From Histomonas meleagridis 2922-C6/04-290x (Eukaryota > Protista > Parabasalia), in NCBI GenBank assembly GCA_020184695.1, contig JAANOX010000218.1, positions 270,610 to 334,609 of the forward strand: a DNA stretch of 64,000 nt, given 5' to 3'. The notes under the pieces were generated by a model, which made no database searches, was not told the origin of the DNA, and saw only the letters and a list, made by a program, of their open reading frames with translations. Of this stretch, positions 21,287 through 30,968 are shown in pieces; within the stretch, counting starts at the first letter, position 1, and each line of letters starts with the position of its first letter. A program made the translations under genes and the position numbers.

Positions 21287-23031
21287 TTACTTTTTCATCT
21301 GTCTACAGGTTTTTCATGGCAGCATATATCAATTCCTTTTCATGGATTAATTTAGCTATTTCTGCATAACCTTTTGAAGTTGCTACCATAAGTGGTGTTT
21401 GAAATAATTTAAATAATTTCCAAATATTATTTTGAAATTTTAAATTATTAAAATAAATATCAAATAAAACAAATAAATATCTTTATCATTAATATCAATT
21501 CCTTTTTGTTCAAGAAGTAATTTAACTATTTCTGTATGACCATTTTCAGATGCTTTAATAAGTGCTGTTTCAAATAATATAAATAATTTCCAAATATTAT
21601 TTTGAAATTTTAAATTATTAAAATAAATATCAAATAAAACAAATAAATATCTTTATCATTAATATCAATTCCTTTTTGTTCAAGAAGTAATTTAACTATT
21701 TCTGTATGACCATTTTCAGATGCTTTAATAAGTGCTGTTTCAAATAATATAAATAATTTCCAAATATTATTTTGAAATTTTAAATTATTAAAATAAATAT
21801 CAAATAAAACAAATAAATATCTTTATCATTAATATCAATTCCTTTTTGTTCAAGAAGTAATTTGACTGTTTCTGTATGACCATTTTCAGATGCTTTAATA
21901 AGTGCTGTATTAAATAATTTAAATAATTTCCAAATATTATTTTGAAATTTTAAATTATTAAAATAAATATCAAATAAAACAAATAAATATCTTTTGCATT
22001 AATATCAATTCCTTCTTGTTCAAGAAGTAATTTGACTGTTTCGATATAACCATATTTAGATGCTATCATAAGTGCTGTTCTTTTTAATTTAAATAATTTC
22101 CAAATATTATTTTGAAATATATAAAAATTATCAAAATAGATATCAAATATAACAAATAAATATCTTCAGCATTAATATCAATTCCTTCTTGTTCAAGAAG
22201 TAATTTAACTATTTCTACATGATCTAAAACAGATGCACAAATAAGAGCTGATTGAAATATTTTAAATAATTTCCAAATATTATTTTGAAATTTGATATTA
22301 TTAAAATAAATATCAAATTATAAATATAAATTTGAAATAAAACAAATAAATCTCTTTAGCATTAACATCGATCCCTTCTTGTTCAAGAAGTAATTTAACG
22401 ATTTCTGTATAATATTCATTAGTAGCACAAATAAGTGCTGAAAAAAATAATATAAATAATTTCCAAATATTATCTTGAAATAGAAAATTATTAAAATGAA
22501 TATTAAGTAAAACAAATAAACATCCCCATCATTAATATCAATTCCTTTTTGTTCAAGAAGTAATTTAACTATTTCTATATGACCATGTGAAGATGCATTA
22601 ATAAGTGCTGTTTGAAATAATTTAAATAATTTCCAAATATTATTTTAAGATAAAAAATTATTAAAATAAATTTCAAAGAAAACATATAAATATCTTTTGC
22701 ATTAATATCAATTCCTTCTTGTTCAAGAAGTAATTTTACTATTTCTATATTTCCATTTTCAGATGCCCTTATAAATGCTGTATTAAATAATTTAAATAAT
22801 TTCCAAATATTATTTTGAAATATAAAATTATTTAAATAAATACGATATAAAACAAATAAATACCTTTAGCATTAATATCAATTCCTTCTTGTTCAAGAAG
22901 TAATTTTACTATTTCTATATTTCCATTTTCAGATGCACAAATAAGGGCTGTATTAAATCATTTAAATAATTTTCAAATATTATTTAAAAACATTATTTTA
23001 TTAAAATAAACTCTAAAAATATTCTAAAAAT
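21287..23031 (-). repeat. Tandem array with 170-bp period: 96-nt ankyrin module plus 74-nt spacer
   Basis: D-I/V-N anchor positions at 23044, 22874, 22704, 22534, 22364, 22174, 22001, 21831, 21661, 21491 (periods 170 except one 190 and one 173). Units 21491-21660 and 21661-21830 are identical. Confidence 0.97.
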
Positions 23032-24260
23032 ATCTTTAACATTAATATCCAAATTATTATGACCCAAAATATATTTAACAAGTTCAATGTTTCTAGATGC
23101 TGATGAATAAACTAAAATATCATTTGGAATTTGATTATTTCGAAGAAAATATTTCACAATATATAAGTTACCAATTCTCGCTGATTCATTAATAATATCA
23201 TCATTGATTTTCATTCCTTCGCCAAGCAAAAACGAAAAAATTTCAAAGTTATAAGATAAAACACAACATACACCCAATTTTTCTAAATTGTAGGTATCAA
23301 CTATCTTGTTTTCATAAAGATATTTAAAGATGTCATTTTGATGAAATTTAATTGCTGTTTCATATGCATCTTCAAATGTTGAATGATTTTGTTCACATAA
23401 ATGAATAATTTCTTCATTTCCACCTGCAACTGCATATTTTCCTGTATTATTTATATTTGCTCCATTCATAAGTAAATATTTAAAACATTTTACAGATCCA
23501 AAAAATGCTGCATAATCAATTAATGTAACATTCCTTTGATTAATAAAACTATTTCTTTCATAAAGTGATGGTCGAACTATTTGATCAAAATCGAAATCTT
23601 CTTGTGATGACATTTCTTGAAGTTTTTCTATTTCATCATTTCGAAATATTTTTGAGATTTCATTCGGATTAACTCCTTCTTTAATTAATTCTTTATGAAG
23701 TTCCCAATCATTTGCTGAAAGTTTATCATAATTATAAGCGAAATATTTATTAAAATCATAATATATAATTCTTTTTAATTCATCTTCTGGCATATAATGA
23801 ACAAAAAATAGTCTTTTTTGATTTTCAATATCTTTCGGTTCAAGCAAATTATGATCAATCATATACTTAATCAGATAATTTGATTCTTGGGAATAATTAG
23901 TAAAAAGAAATCGTATGAATTCATCAAGAAAACCTGAAATGTTTTGATTTTTATCTTCAAATCTTTTAATTTCTTGTAAAAAACTCAAATAAATATCAAA
24001 TTCATTCCTTTTTATAACAAACATTATGTACATCATTTGTGAAATAAGCATTTTATAAGATAATGGATGATTATTATCATATTTATTAATTATTGAATTT
24101 GCCGATTGAACTATATTTTTTGTATTCACGCTAAAAATAATTTGCTTGATAGATAACAAAAAATCATATTCATCTTGTGATTTTAGGTTTTGTTTATCTG
24201 GTTTCACAGGTCTATTTTCCTTTCTCGTTGAAATGGTTTGAGACGGTTAAAAATACTCAT
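21287..24260 (-). CDS. DUF3447-type ankyrin gene: ORF body 24207-23032 followed by 10 spacer-separated ANK modules ending at TAA 21287
   Basis: Body has TLIDYAAFFGSVKCFKYLLMNG and YAVAGGNEEIIHLCEQ. Downstream modules are stop-free ANK repeats. The likely ATG (24260, MSIFNRLKPF) is out of frame with the body by 1 nt near 24215. Gene structure beyond 23032 is inferred. Confidence 0.6.
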
Positions 24261-24744
24261 TCAAATTTGGTGTAAAACAAACAAATCGCTGAGGGGTTAA
24301 ATTAACCGCGTCAAGTACAAACACAGAGCAACTCTTTATGAAAATATCTCGATTCATGATAATTTATTATATATTAATATATGTTCCTTCGGATGAAATT
24401 ACAACATACAATATTATATCAAAATTAAAGGTATTTATGTTTTTCCTAATTTGAGATGCTTTTGCGTTTTTTAAATGTTAACAATGGCTGAATTGAGCAC
24501 ACAATGTATTTTATTGTTTAATACATAAGAGTGAGAAAATTGAGCAGTGTTTTTGATATTCCAGTGCAATAATTTTAATTTATAGGATGCAATAAATTGT
24601 TTAAAAGCACAAAATAGAAAAAAAATAACTCAAAATATTCTTAATTTAAGTTATTACAAAAATTTAAAATATATTTTTTTTTCAGATTTTCAAAAATATT
24701 TTTAATTTATTCATATTTAACATATACTTTATTCATAAAATCAT

Positions 24745-27700
24745 TCATCCATATTTTTCTTTTGTCTTTTCTCTTATATTATCTATCTTTATCCCAGCCA
24801 CTCTTGCTGTTGAATTTGTACACAACTGTACAATCAATGACTTTTTCCCTAATTTTTCCGGGTTTCTTAGATCACAAAAATGTACTTCTTCAGGTAATGA
24901 CAAGAACTGAATTCTCAATTGTAAATTATTGAAAATCTCTTCATTCAAATTTTTCAATGAGAGTCCTGAATCCATTGAAATCTGCGTCAGTTTTCTGTAC
25001 CAAGCGCCACCTTCCATTGTAAACCAGTTAAATGTATTGAAGTAAACCAGTGAATTACTATGATAAGGTCTTCCTAATCTATCGATCAAAGAGTTTCTAT
25101 TCATCCAATACTTATTTTTCTTCATAGCTCTATAATCGGTCATTAACGGTGTAGCTACAGCGGCATTCTTCATATCGATTTTCCAAAACCTCGATACGTC
25201 AGTCTTAAATATGGAATTCTTATCAATGTAAAGTAAGTTAATGTTTGGAGGCAAATATAAATCGACAAAAGCAAATGGCCAATCGCTTAACTTGAAGATA
25301 TTATTATAAAACGATGGTATAAATGTAGGCAAATATATTATATTAATGTCACTAATATTTAAATTAAGTTGTGACCCAGAAATATATAAATTAATTTTTT
25401 TCTGTTTTTTCATATTTTCAGTTAATGAATATAAAAATGTTTTAACTTGTTGTGTTATTGTGTTATTATTATTTTCGCAATGTATTAATATATTTATATT
25501 ATCATTTTGTTGTTCAACATTTTGAATTTTTAATGTTGAATCAGTTGTAATAAATTTGGTGTATGGTATTAAACTATCGACATTATAATACTTTTGTTTA
25601 ATTCCTTTTGTTTCATGTTTACCAATTGGTAAATAATTAACAAAATATCCGTTCTCTGGTAATGACGTTTTGTAATTATTGTCAATCATGAAAATACTTT
25701 TTTCATTAATGAATCCATATGAAAGTATTTCAGTGATTTCATAATGGAAAACTGATAACTTCTCAATGTTCCAATGATGATGACGTCGAACAATACATTT
25801 ATTACATGGTCCAATTTCGTTTTTACCAAATGAGATATAAAACTTCGTCAAAAAATGTTTCGGAATATTATTTTGATAATTCTCAAAATTCGGTATAATA
25901 TAAAAATCAACATTAGCTGCACCTGAATCAGCTATAACTGCAATGTTTCCCATAATTTCGCGATATGAATCACTAAATATATTACATATGAATGTTACTT
26001 TTAATGGTGATTTTGAATCAGTTTTTCGTATTAAATAATCATCTTGTTCAAGTTTCGGCTCTTTTTCTCTTTCGATTTTATCTAAATACATTGTAGACCG
26101 AATAATTAATGCAGTTAATAATTTCTCTTTCGTTAATCCTTTTAATGTATCAACATAAAAACAATATTCAACATACTGTTGATAATATTTAATCATTTCA
26201 TCTGTTAAATCGCCTTTAAATATTAATGGCCCAATTAATGTATAATGTTCATCTTTATCTACTCGTAAAAAGTTTAATTCTTCATTTGTAAATTTATTAT
26301 AAATATTTTCATTGTTAAATTTAACTGTTGGAATTAAATTCGAATTTGATAAACTGATGATTTTTTTGATTGATGACGTTATTGTGTTTAAATCATTTGT
26401 TCGATATGATAAAAAGTTATAATAATTCACTCGTGGATATGTCGAAAGATTAGTGATAATGGAATTGTTACCAAACCATTCTTCGATTTTATCCAAATTA
26501 AGATTTTTCGCTTCTTTAAGTTTCTTCACTACTGAATACGCTTTCTTCTCAACAACATTAAATATCGGTCGTTCTTGAATGAAATCGCCATTAATAGAAA
26601 CAGATGTATCATTAATATGATGATTACGACAATATTCAACTTGTTCATTAATTCGTTTCGTAAGTGAATTTTCAGGTTTCATTAATGTTCCAAGTTTTCT
26701 CCATGAAACTGATGGAAGTGTTGCTTTATATGCGCGCTTAAATGATCCTTTCTTATATGCATCAAGTAAAAATGCACATGCATTACGAACATTAAGTGAA
26801 TTACATAATTGATGATATGCATATGCAATTGTTTTTTCAGTAGAATTATTAAGATCTACATTCATTATAAGGGTAAAATGTATTGGTACTTTGTCAGTCA
26901 CTGATTCATGAGCCCAACGTAATAGAGCAGGAGTCTCAGGTGAACTGATGTTAAAGAAAATTGTCATTTTTACGACTTTTTGACTGATTTTACAAAAGCC
27001 GATAGAGTCACTTTTGAGATTTGGTTGCTTCGGCCATCCATTATAAAGATCTTCAAAACGATGGCCGACTAAATATTGTGGACTTGGTGGTGCACTTGTA
27101 TAATGAAGTGGCGGACGATAATATGGTGAGTTAAGAAAATCATATGATGAAGAATCAAGAAGTCGAGTGACTTTGTATTCATCTATAAGAGAGGTGATAA
27201 GATCTAATGAATTTGTGTTGGTTTTTCTTCCATTAATTCCAAAATATCCATAATTGTTTTCAAATTGATTTAAGGAATTTGGTTTTGCAAGTGGTTCGAC
27301 TGTTGAAAGTTCTTTAGCAACATTATATAAAGAAATTGATACATTTTGAATAAGGTGTAGCTTTTCATTTGGATTTGTGTAATTTTTAAGTGAAGATAAG
27401 ATTTTACCTTGTATACCATTAAAAGAAATGTTAGCTTGTGTCCCATCATCATTTATAAGAGACCAACCTCTTAGTTTCGGTTTTTGATTGATAGGATTAT
27501 TAATGGATGCTTTTGGATGATAAATACGATATCCAAGACTTAGATTTAATAGTCCAAAAAGAGGTTGCTGAACTACTCCTTTTAAAGAGTTTAATATTGA
27601 AATTTCATTGTTTTGTGCTTTGGAGATTTTTTCTTTTACAATATTAAGAAGTGATGGTTCCAAATCCTTAAAGAATTCAATTGTTTCGTCTTTGGGGGTT

Positions 27701-27759
27701 GAATCACTCCAGTTTCCAGTGACAATCATTGCAGAAATTAGAAAAGGAACCCAAAGCAT
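24745..27759 (-). CDS. UDP-glucose:glycoprotein glucosyltransferase (UGGT/Kre5)-like protein, divergent
   Basis: Short signal MLWVPFLISA (ATG 27759). C-terminal GT24/GT8-like region FVDLYLP...LYIDKNSI...DMKNAAVATP...YHSNSLVYF...WYR...LNEEIFNNLQ...LPEEVHFC...LCTN. Confidence 0.75.
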   Translation of the reverse strand: MLWVPFLISAMIVTGNWSDSTPKDETIEFFKDLEPSLLNIVKEKISKAQNNEISILNSLKGVVQQPLFGLLNLSLGYRIYHPKASINNPINQKPKLRGWSLINDDGTQANISFNGIQGKILSSLKNYTNPNEKLHLIQNVSISLYNVAKELSTVEPLAKPNSLNQFENNYGYFGINGRKTNTNSLDLITSLIDEYKVTRLLDSSSYDFLNSPYYRPPLHYTSAPPSPQYLVGHRFEDLYNGWPKQPNLKSDSIGFCKISQKVVKMTIFFNISSPETPALLRWAHESVTDKVPIHFTLIMNVDLNNSTEKTIAYAYHQLCNSLNVRNACAFLLDAYKKGSFKRAYKATLPSVSWRKLGTLMKPENSLTKRINEQVEYCRNHHINDTSVSINGDFIQERPIFNVVEKKAYSVVKKLKEAKNLNLDKIEEWFGNNSIITNLSTYPRVNYYNFLSYRTNDLNTITSSIKKIISLSNSNLIPTVKFNNENIYNKFTNEELNFLRVDKDEHYTLIGPLIFKGDLTDEMIKYYQQYVEYCFYVDTLKGLTKEKLLTALIIRSTMYLDKIEREKEPKLEQDDYLIRKTDSKSPLKVTFICNIFSDSYREIMGNIAVIADSGAANVDFYIIPNFENYQNNIPKHFLTKFYISFGKNEIGPCNKCIVRRHHHWNIEKLSVFHYEITEILSYGFINEKSIFMIDNNYKTSLPENGYFVNYLPIGKHETKGIKQKYYNVDSLIPYTKFITTDSTLKIQNVEQQNDNINILIHCENNNNTITQQVKTFLYSLTENMKKQKKINLYISGSQLNLNISDINIIYLPTFIPSFYNNIFKLSDWPFAFVDLYLPPNINLLYIDKNSIFKTDVSRFWKIDMKNAAVATPLMTDYRAMKKNKYWMNRNSLIDRLGRPYHSNSLVYFNTFNWFTMEGGAWYRKLTQISMDSGLSLKNLNEEIFNNLQLRIQFLSLPEEVHFCDLRNPEKLGKKSLIVQLCTNSTARVAGIKIDNIREKTKEKYG

Positions 27760-27815
27760 AAGAGTAATTAATAACCGAAAAGTGTCCAATTTCTTTTATT
27801 TCTTTATCCTTTTCT

Positions 27816-28175
27816 TTAAGTGAGATCATTAATTATAATAACAAAAATCACTATTACGCAAAAAATAGTTTTCCCAGGTTGTTTTGATACTGACAACAAA
27901 CCATCGGAATTCGAAATCCAATTAATATCGGGGACATTATCCAAGTTATCTTTTGGATTTATCCCATAATTTGGGATTTCTAATTCCTTAACGATTTTCA
28001 AGTTTCGATACATTTGATCATTTACATTATATGGCGCGTTAACTTCATCTTTCGGAGGGCAAATTATCAAAGAAATTCCAGGCTCAACTTGTACTGTTTT
28101 CTTAGTACTTTTCTCGTTTAGATTTATTATGTTAAATAAATCAGTTTGCTCCGAATCATGGATAAAAATGAACAA
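27816..28175 (-). CDS. Possible small C-terminally anchored membrane protein or relic
   Basis: 119-codon frame ending IFCVIVIFVIII, but no in-frame ATG before the upstream TAA. Confidence 0.35.
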   Translation of the reverse strand: MFIFIHDSEQTDLFNIINLNEKSTKKTVQVEPGISLIICPPKDEVNAPYNVNDQMYRNLKIVKELEIPNYGINPKDNLDNVPDINWISNSDGLLSVSKQPGKTIFCVIVIFVIIINDLT

Positions 28176-28446
28176 AAAAGCTTTTCTGCTTTACTACGGC
28201 CTCAAAACATTTTCAACAAAATAGAAATTATATAATACATAATTTTTTTTTTACATCTCATCAAAAAATATCAAAATTATGATGATCACAAATAATGCGT
28301 AAATGATAAAAAAAATCATGAAAAAATGAATTTCACAATTTCCTAAAGTCATCTTTTCCAATTAAGTTAAACAAGAATAGCTAAAAATTATTTGGCACAT
28401 TTTCCAAAAAAAAGCCAACAGTAAAAAGAATGGCATTTTTTATTGG

Positions 28447-30645
28447 ATGAGTAATACGAGAAGTGAAGAATTCAGAGTTACGAATGACAATCCTACAACA
28501 TGCATAAGAGACAAAAAAGACAATACATCAGTCTATCTTAATCTTACAACTGCAAATTTTTCAGGAAAAATTCAAGTTGCTATTTTTGGCTTATGTGGAG
28601 ATAAAAAACTAAATTGTACAAACAAAGGCCTTTGCTTCGAAGTAGAAGCAGGAAAGAAGTATATGTTATATAATCGTGTCCAGGAAGATCATTTCCCAAG
28701 TGCTCAATTAGTTTTTGCAAATCTTAATGGACAAACTGTTGAAGGCACTTGGAGCCCAGACAGCAAATCAGAGAGTGGTTGTATAGAATTAACAGATGGA
28801 TTAGGATTAAATTCAAAAAATTCAGATATTGTTTTTCAAGGCCCTGGAACTTATTGCACTGAAGTAAGAAGGAAAACAAGTAAATCTTCGGTTTATTTTA
28901 ATCTTGTCGATTCAAAATTCAGTGGTACAATCGATGTTTCAATATATGGCATATCAAATGATCAAGAAGAGAACTGTACAAACAGGCGTCAATCATTTTC
29001 TCTTTCTGCAGGAAAGAAATATGAACTATATAACAATGTTTGTGAAAAAAATCATGGAGGATGTTATCTAAAAATTGTTGTTCATCAATCACAAAAAGTT
29101 ATTGGCAAGTGGAGCCCTGATTATATTACAGAAAGTTGTGTTTTACTGGTCACTGGAAAGGATGAAAATCAATCAACTTCTTCAAGTCGTTTAATATCTC
29201 ATGATTTATCAGGTGCTCTCAAACTAATTAAAGTTCCATACCTGAACCAACTTAACATACCATCTGGCTGTGAATCTGTCTCAGCTACAATGCTTCTACA
29301 ATACTATGGAGTTAAGATTTCACCTGAAGAATTTATTAAAAAGCATTTAAACGTTCACCCGTGGACGGTTGTAAACGGTCGCGTTTATGCAGCTGATCCA
29401 AACGATGCATATGTAGGAGATCCATACATCAGGTCAGGTAGCAATTGTGGATATGGATGTTATGCACCATGTATTGCTAATGCAATGAATAAGAATCTTC
29501 CACCTCTTCTTCGTGCAAGATCCGTAACTGGAAAAAGTCTTCCAGATGTTGTTTCTGAATTCATTGACAAAGGAAAACCAGTTCTAATATGGGCTACAAT
29601 GAACATGTCTCCAATGCGTCTTACTACTCGTTGGACAATTAATTATCCACCTGAAAAAAAGGGAAATGATTTCCGATGGCGTGGAGGAGAGCATTGCCTT
29701 GTCCTTGTTGGCTATGATCAATCAAATTATATCTTTAATGATCCATATCAAAACAATGGCGTATGTAAATTCCCAAAGAGTAATGTTGAAGAATGTTATA
29801 ATGCCTTAGGAAAACAAGTTGTTTATGTATGCGACTTGAATGAGTCTTTTTCAAAGATTAAATTGGCCGATGAAGATATCCAACAAATGGTATTAGATTC
29901 ACAAAATGAAATCATTCAATCAATAATACCAAACATTAAGTTAACGCATGATACCACATATGAGATAGTGTTTCCAGGTATTACTATTAAGGTAACTGCG
30001 AAACATGCAATCAAAAGCAACTTTTCTAAAGGCCCAGGATGCATTGAGATCAGCCAGAGCAAGCTGAACTTCCCAAAGTATGGCTTTAAACTTGATTTCC
30101 AAGGAAATTCTCTCAAATGGAATTTCGGCGATACTCCGAATGCGAATTTCACTCTCGGACCGAAATGGTTCAACTTAAACATTGACACGAAGATAACGAA
30201 TGGTAATTTAAGTGATATCTTGAATAAGTTGACATTAATTATCGGAGATGGAAATATCAAAACTTCATATAACTTCATGAAGCAAACTTATACAATCACC
30301 ATCGAGAAGAAATTTAAATTCATTAACTCGGGTGAATACATAGGTGTAATCGATATCGAAATTCATTTCGAACCACAACCACCAAAGAGCCCTCAAAAAG
30401 CGCCGGCGTTCAATCTAACGGCTGAAAAGGGATTGATATTGTGCGGAATCGGAATTGGAGTTGTTTGCGTGGTCGGCTCATTCATGGCAAATCCGGCTGT
30501 CGGCGCATTCATAGGCAGTGCCTTCGCAAAAGGAGGAATAAGCGCTGTGGCAACGGGTGAATTGCTTCCGGCGGCTTGCACGACCGCTTTGGCCACTTTT
30601 ATCGGAGTCACATCAAATCTTTTCTCAGGTTTAAATCCGTTTTGA
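28447..30645 (+). CDS. Multidomain protein: two tandem ~105-aa N-terminal repeats, C39-like cysteine peptidase, Gly/Ala-rich hydrophobic C-terminus
   Basis: Repeats ending GTWSPDS and GKWSPDY; VPYLNQL..PSGCESVSATMLLQYYG, GKPVLIW, GEHCLVLVGYD..YIFNDPY (Cys-His-Asp triad of the Peptidase_C39_2/YvpB type). Confidence 0.85.
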   Translation: MSNTRSEEFRVTNDNPTTCIRDKKDNTSVYLNLTTANFSGKIQVAIFGLCGDKKLNCTNKGLCFEVEAGKKYMLYNRVQEDHFPSAQLVFANLNGQTVEGTWSPDSKSESGCIELTDGLGLNSKNSDIVFQGPGTYCTEVRRKTSKSSVYFNLVDSKFSGTIDVSIYGISNDQEENCTNRRQSFSLSAGKKYELYNNVCEKNHGGCYLKIVVHQSQKVIGKWSPDYITESCVLLVTGKDENQSTSSSRLISHDLSGALKLIKVPYLNQLNIPSGCESVSATMLLQYYGVKISPEEFIKKHLNVHPWTVVNGRVYAADPNDAYVGDPYIRSGSNCGYGCYAPCIANAMNKNLPPLLRARSVTGKSLPDVVSEFIDKGKPVLIWATMNMSPMRLTTRWTINYPPEKKGNDFRWRGGEHCLVLVGYDQSNYIFNDPYQNNGVCKFPKSNVEECYNALGKQVVYVCDLNESFSKIKLADEDIQQMVLDSQNEIIQSIIPNIKLTHDTTYEIVFPGITIKVTAKHAIKSNFSKGPGCIEISQSKLNFPKYGFKLDFQGNSLKWNFGDTPNANFTLGPKWFNLNIDTKITNGNLSDILNKLTLIIGDGNIKTSYNFMKQTYTITIEKKFKFINSGEYIGVIDIEIHFEPQPPKSPQKAPAFNLTAEKGLILCGIGIGVVCVVGSFMANPAVGAFIGSAFAKGGISAVATGELLPAACTTALATFIGVTSNLFSGLNPF

Positions 30646-30968
30646 TCGATAATTGAATAAAAGAAATTGACTTTTTCTATAAATCAGAGTTTCAAATATT
30701 TAAATTGTACAATTTGTCGCTTTAAATGATCTATTTTTTGTTTGGTTTTTAAATTCTCTATTAAATATATTTATAAAAAAGTATTAGAATACCAATGAAA
30801 ATCAACTTGAGTATATACTTAGTGTGTGATATATTATTCCTATCAAAAATGAATAAAAGATTTTGTTTGATATCGAATTCAAAATAAAATATTTTTAGCT
30901 GTTTTCATTTAAATAGCCACAGACTGTGATAAAAGTTTATCACAAAAATCATAAGCGTAAAAACAAAA

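Noticed and set aside
21540-21580. ACAG in 'GAA ACA G|CA' as a canonical 3' splice site for the spacers
   Set aside because: It is the Thr-Ala codon pair of the ANK TAL motif and varies as ACA-CCA, TCA-GCA and ACT-GCA in paralogous modules. Using it would delete the hairpin and Thr and would need an AT donor. Not fully excluded without cDNA.
22318-22515. 65-aa ORF inside the ankyrin array
   Set aside because: Out-of-frame read-through of a spacer and module; not an independent gene.
21287-23031. CRISPR-like repeat/spacer array
   Set aside because: Eukaryotic context, 170-bp period, both parts of the unit are homologous between copies, one part encodes ankyrin repeats, and no cas genes are present.
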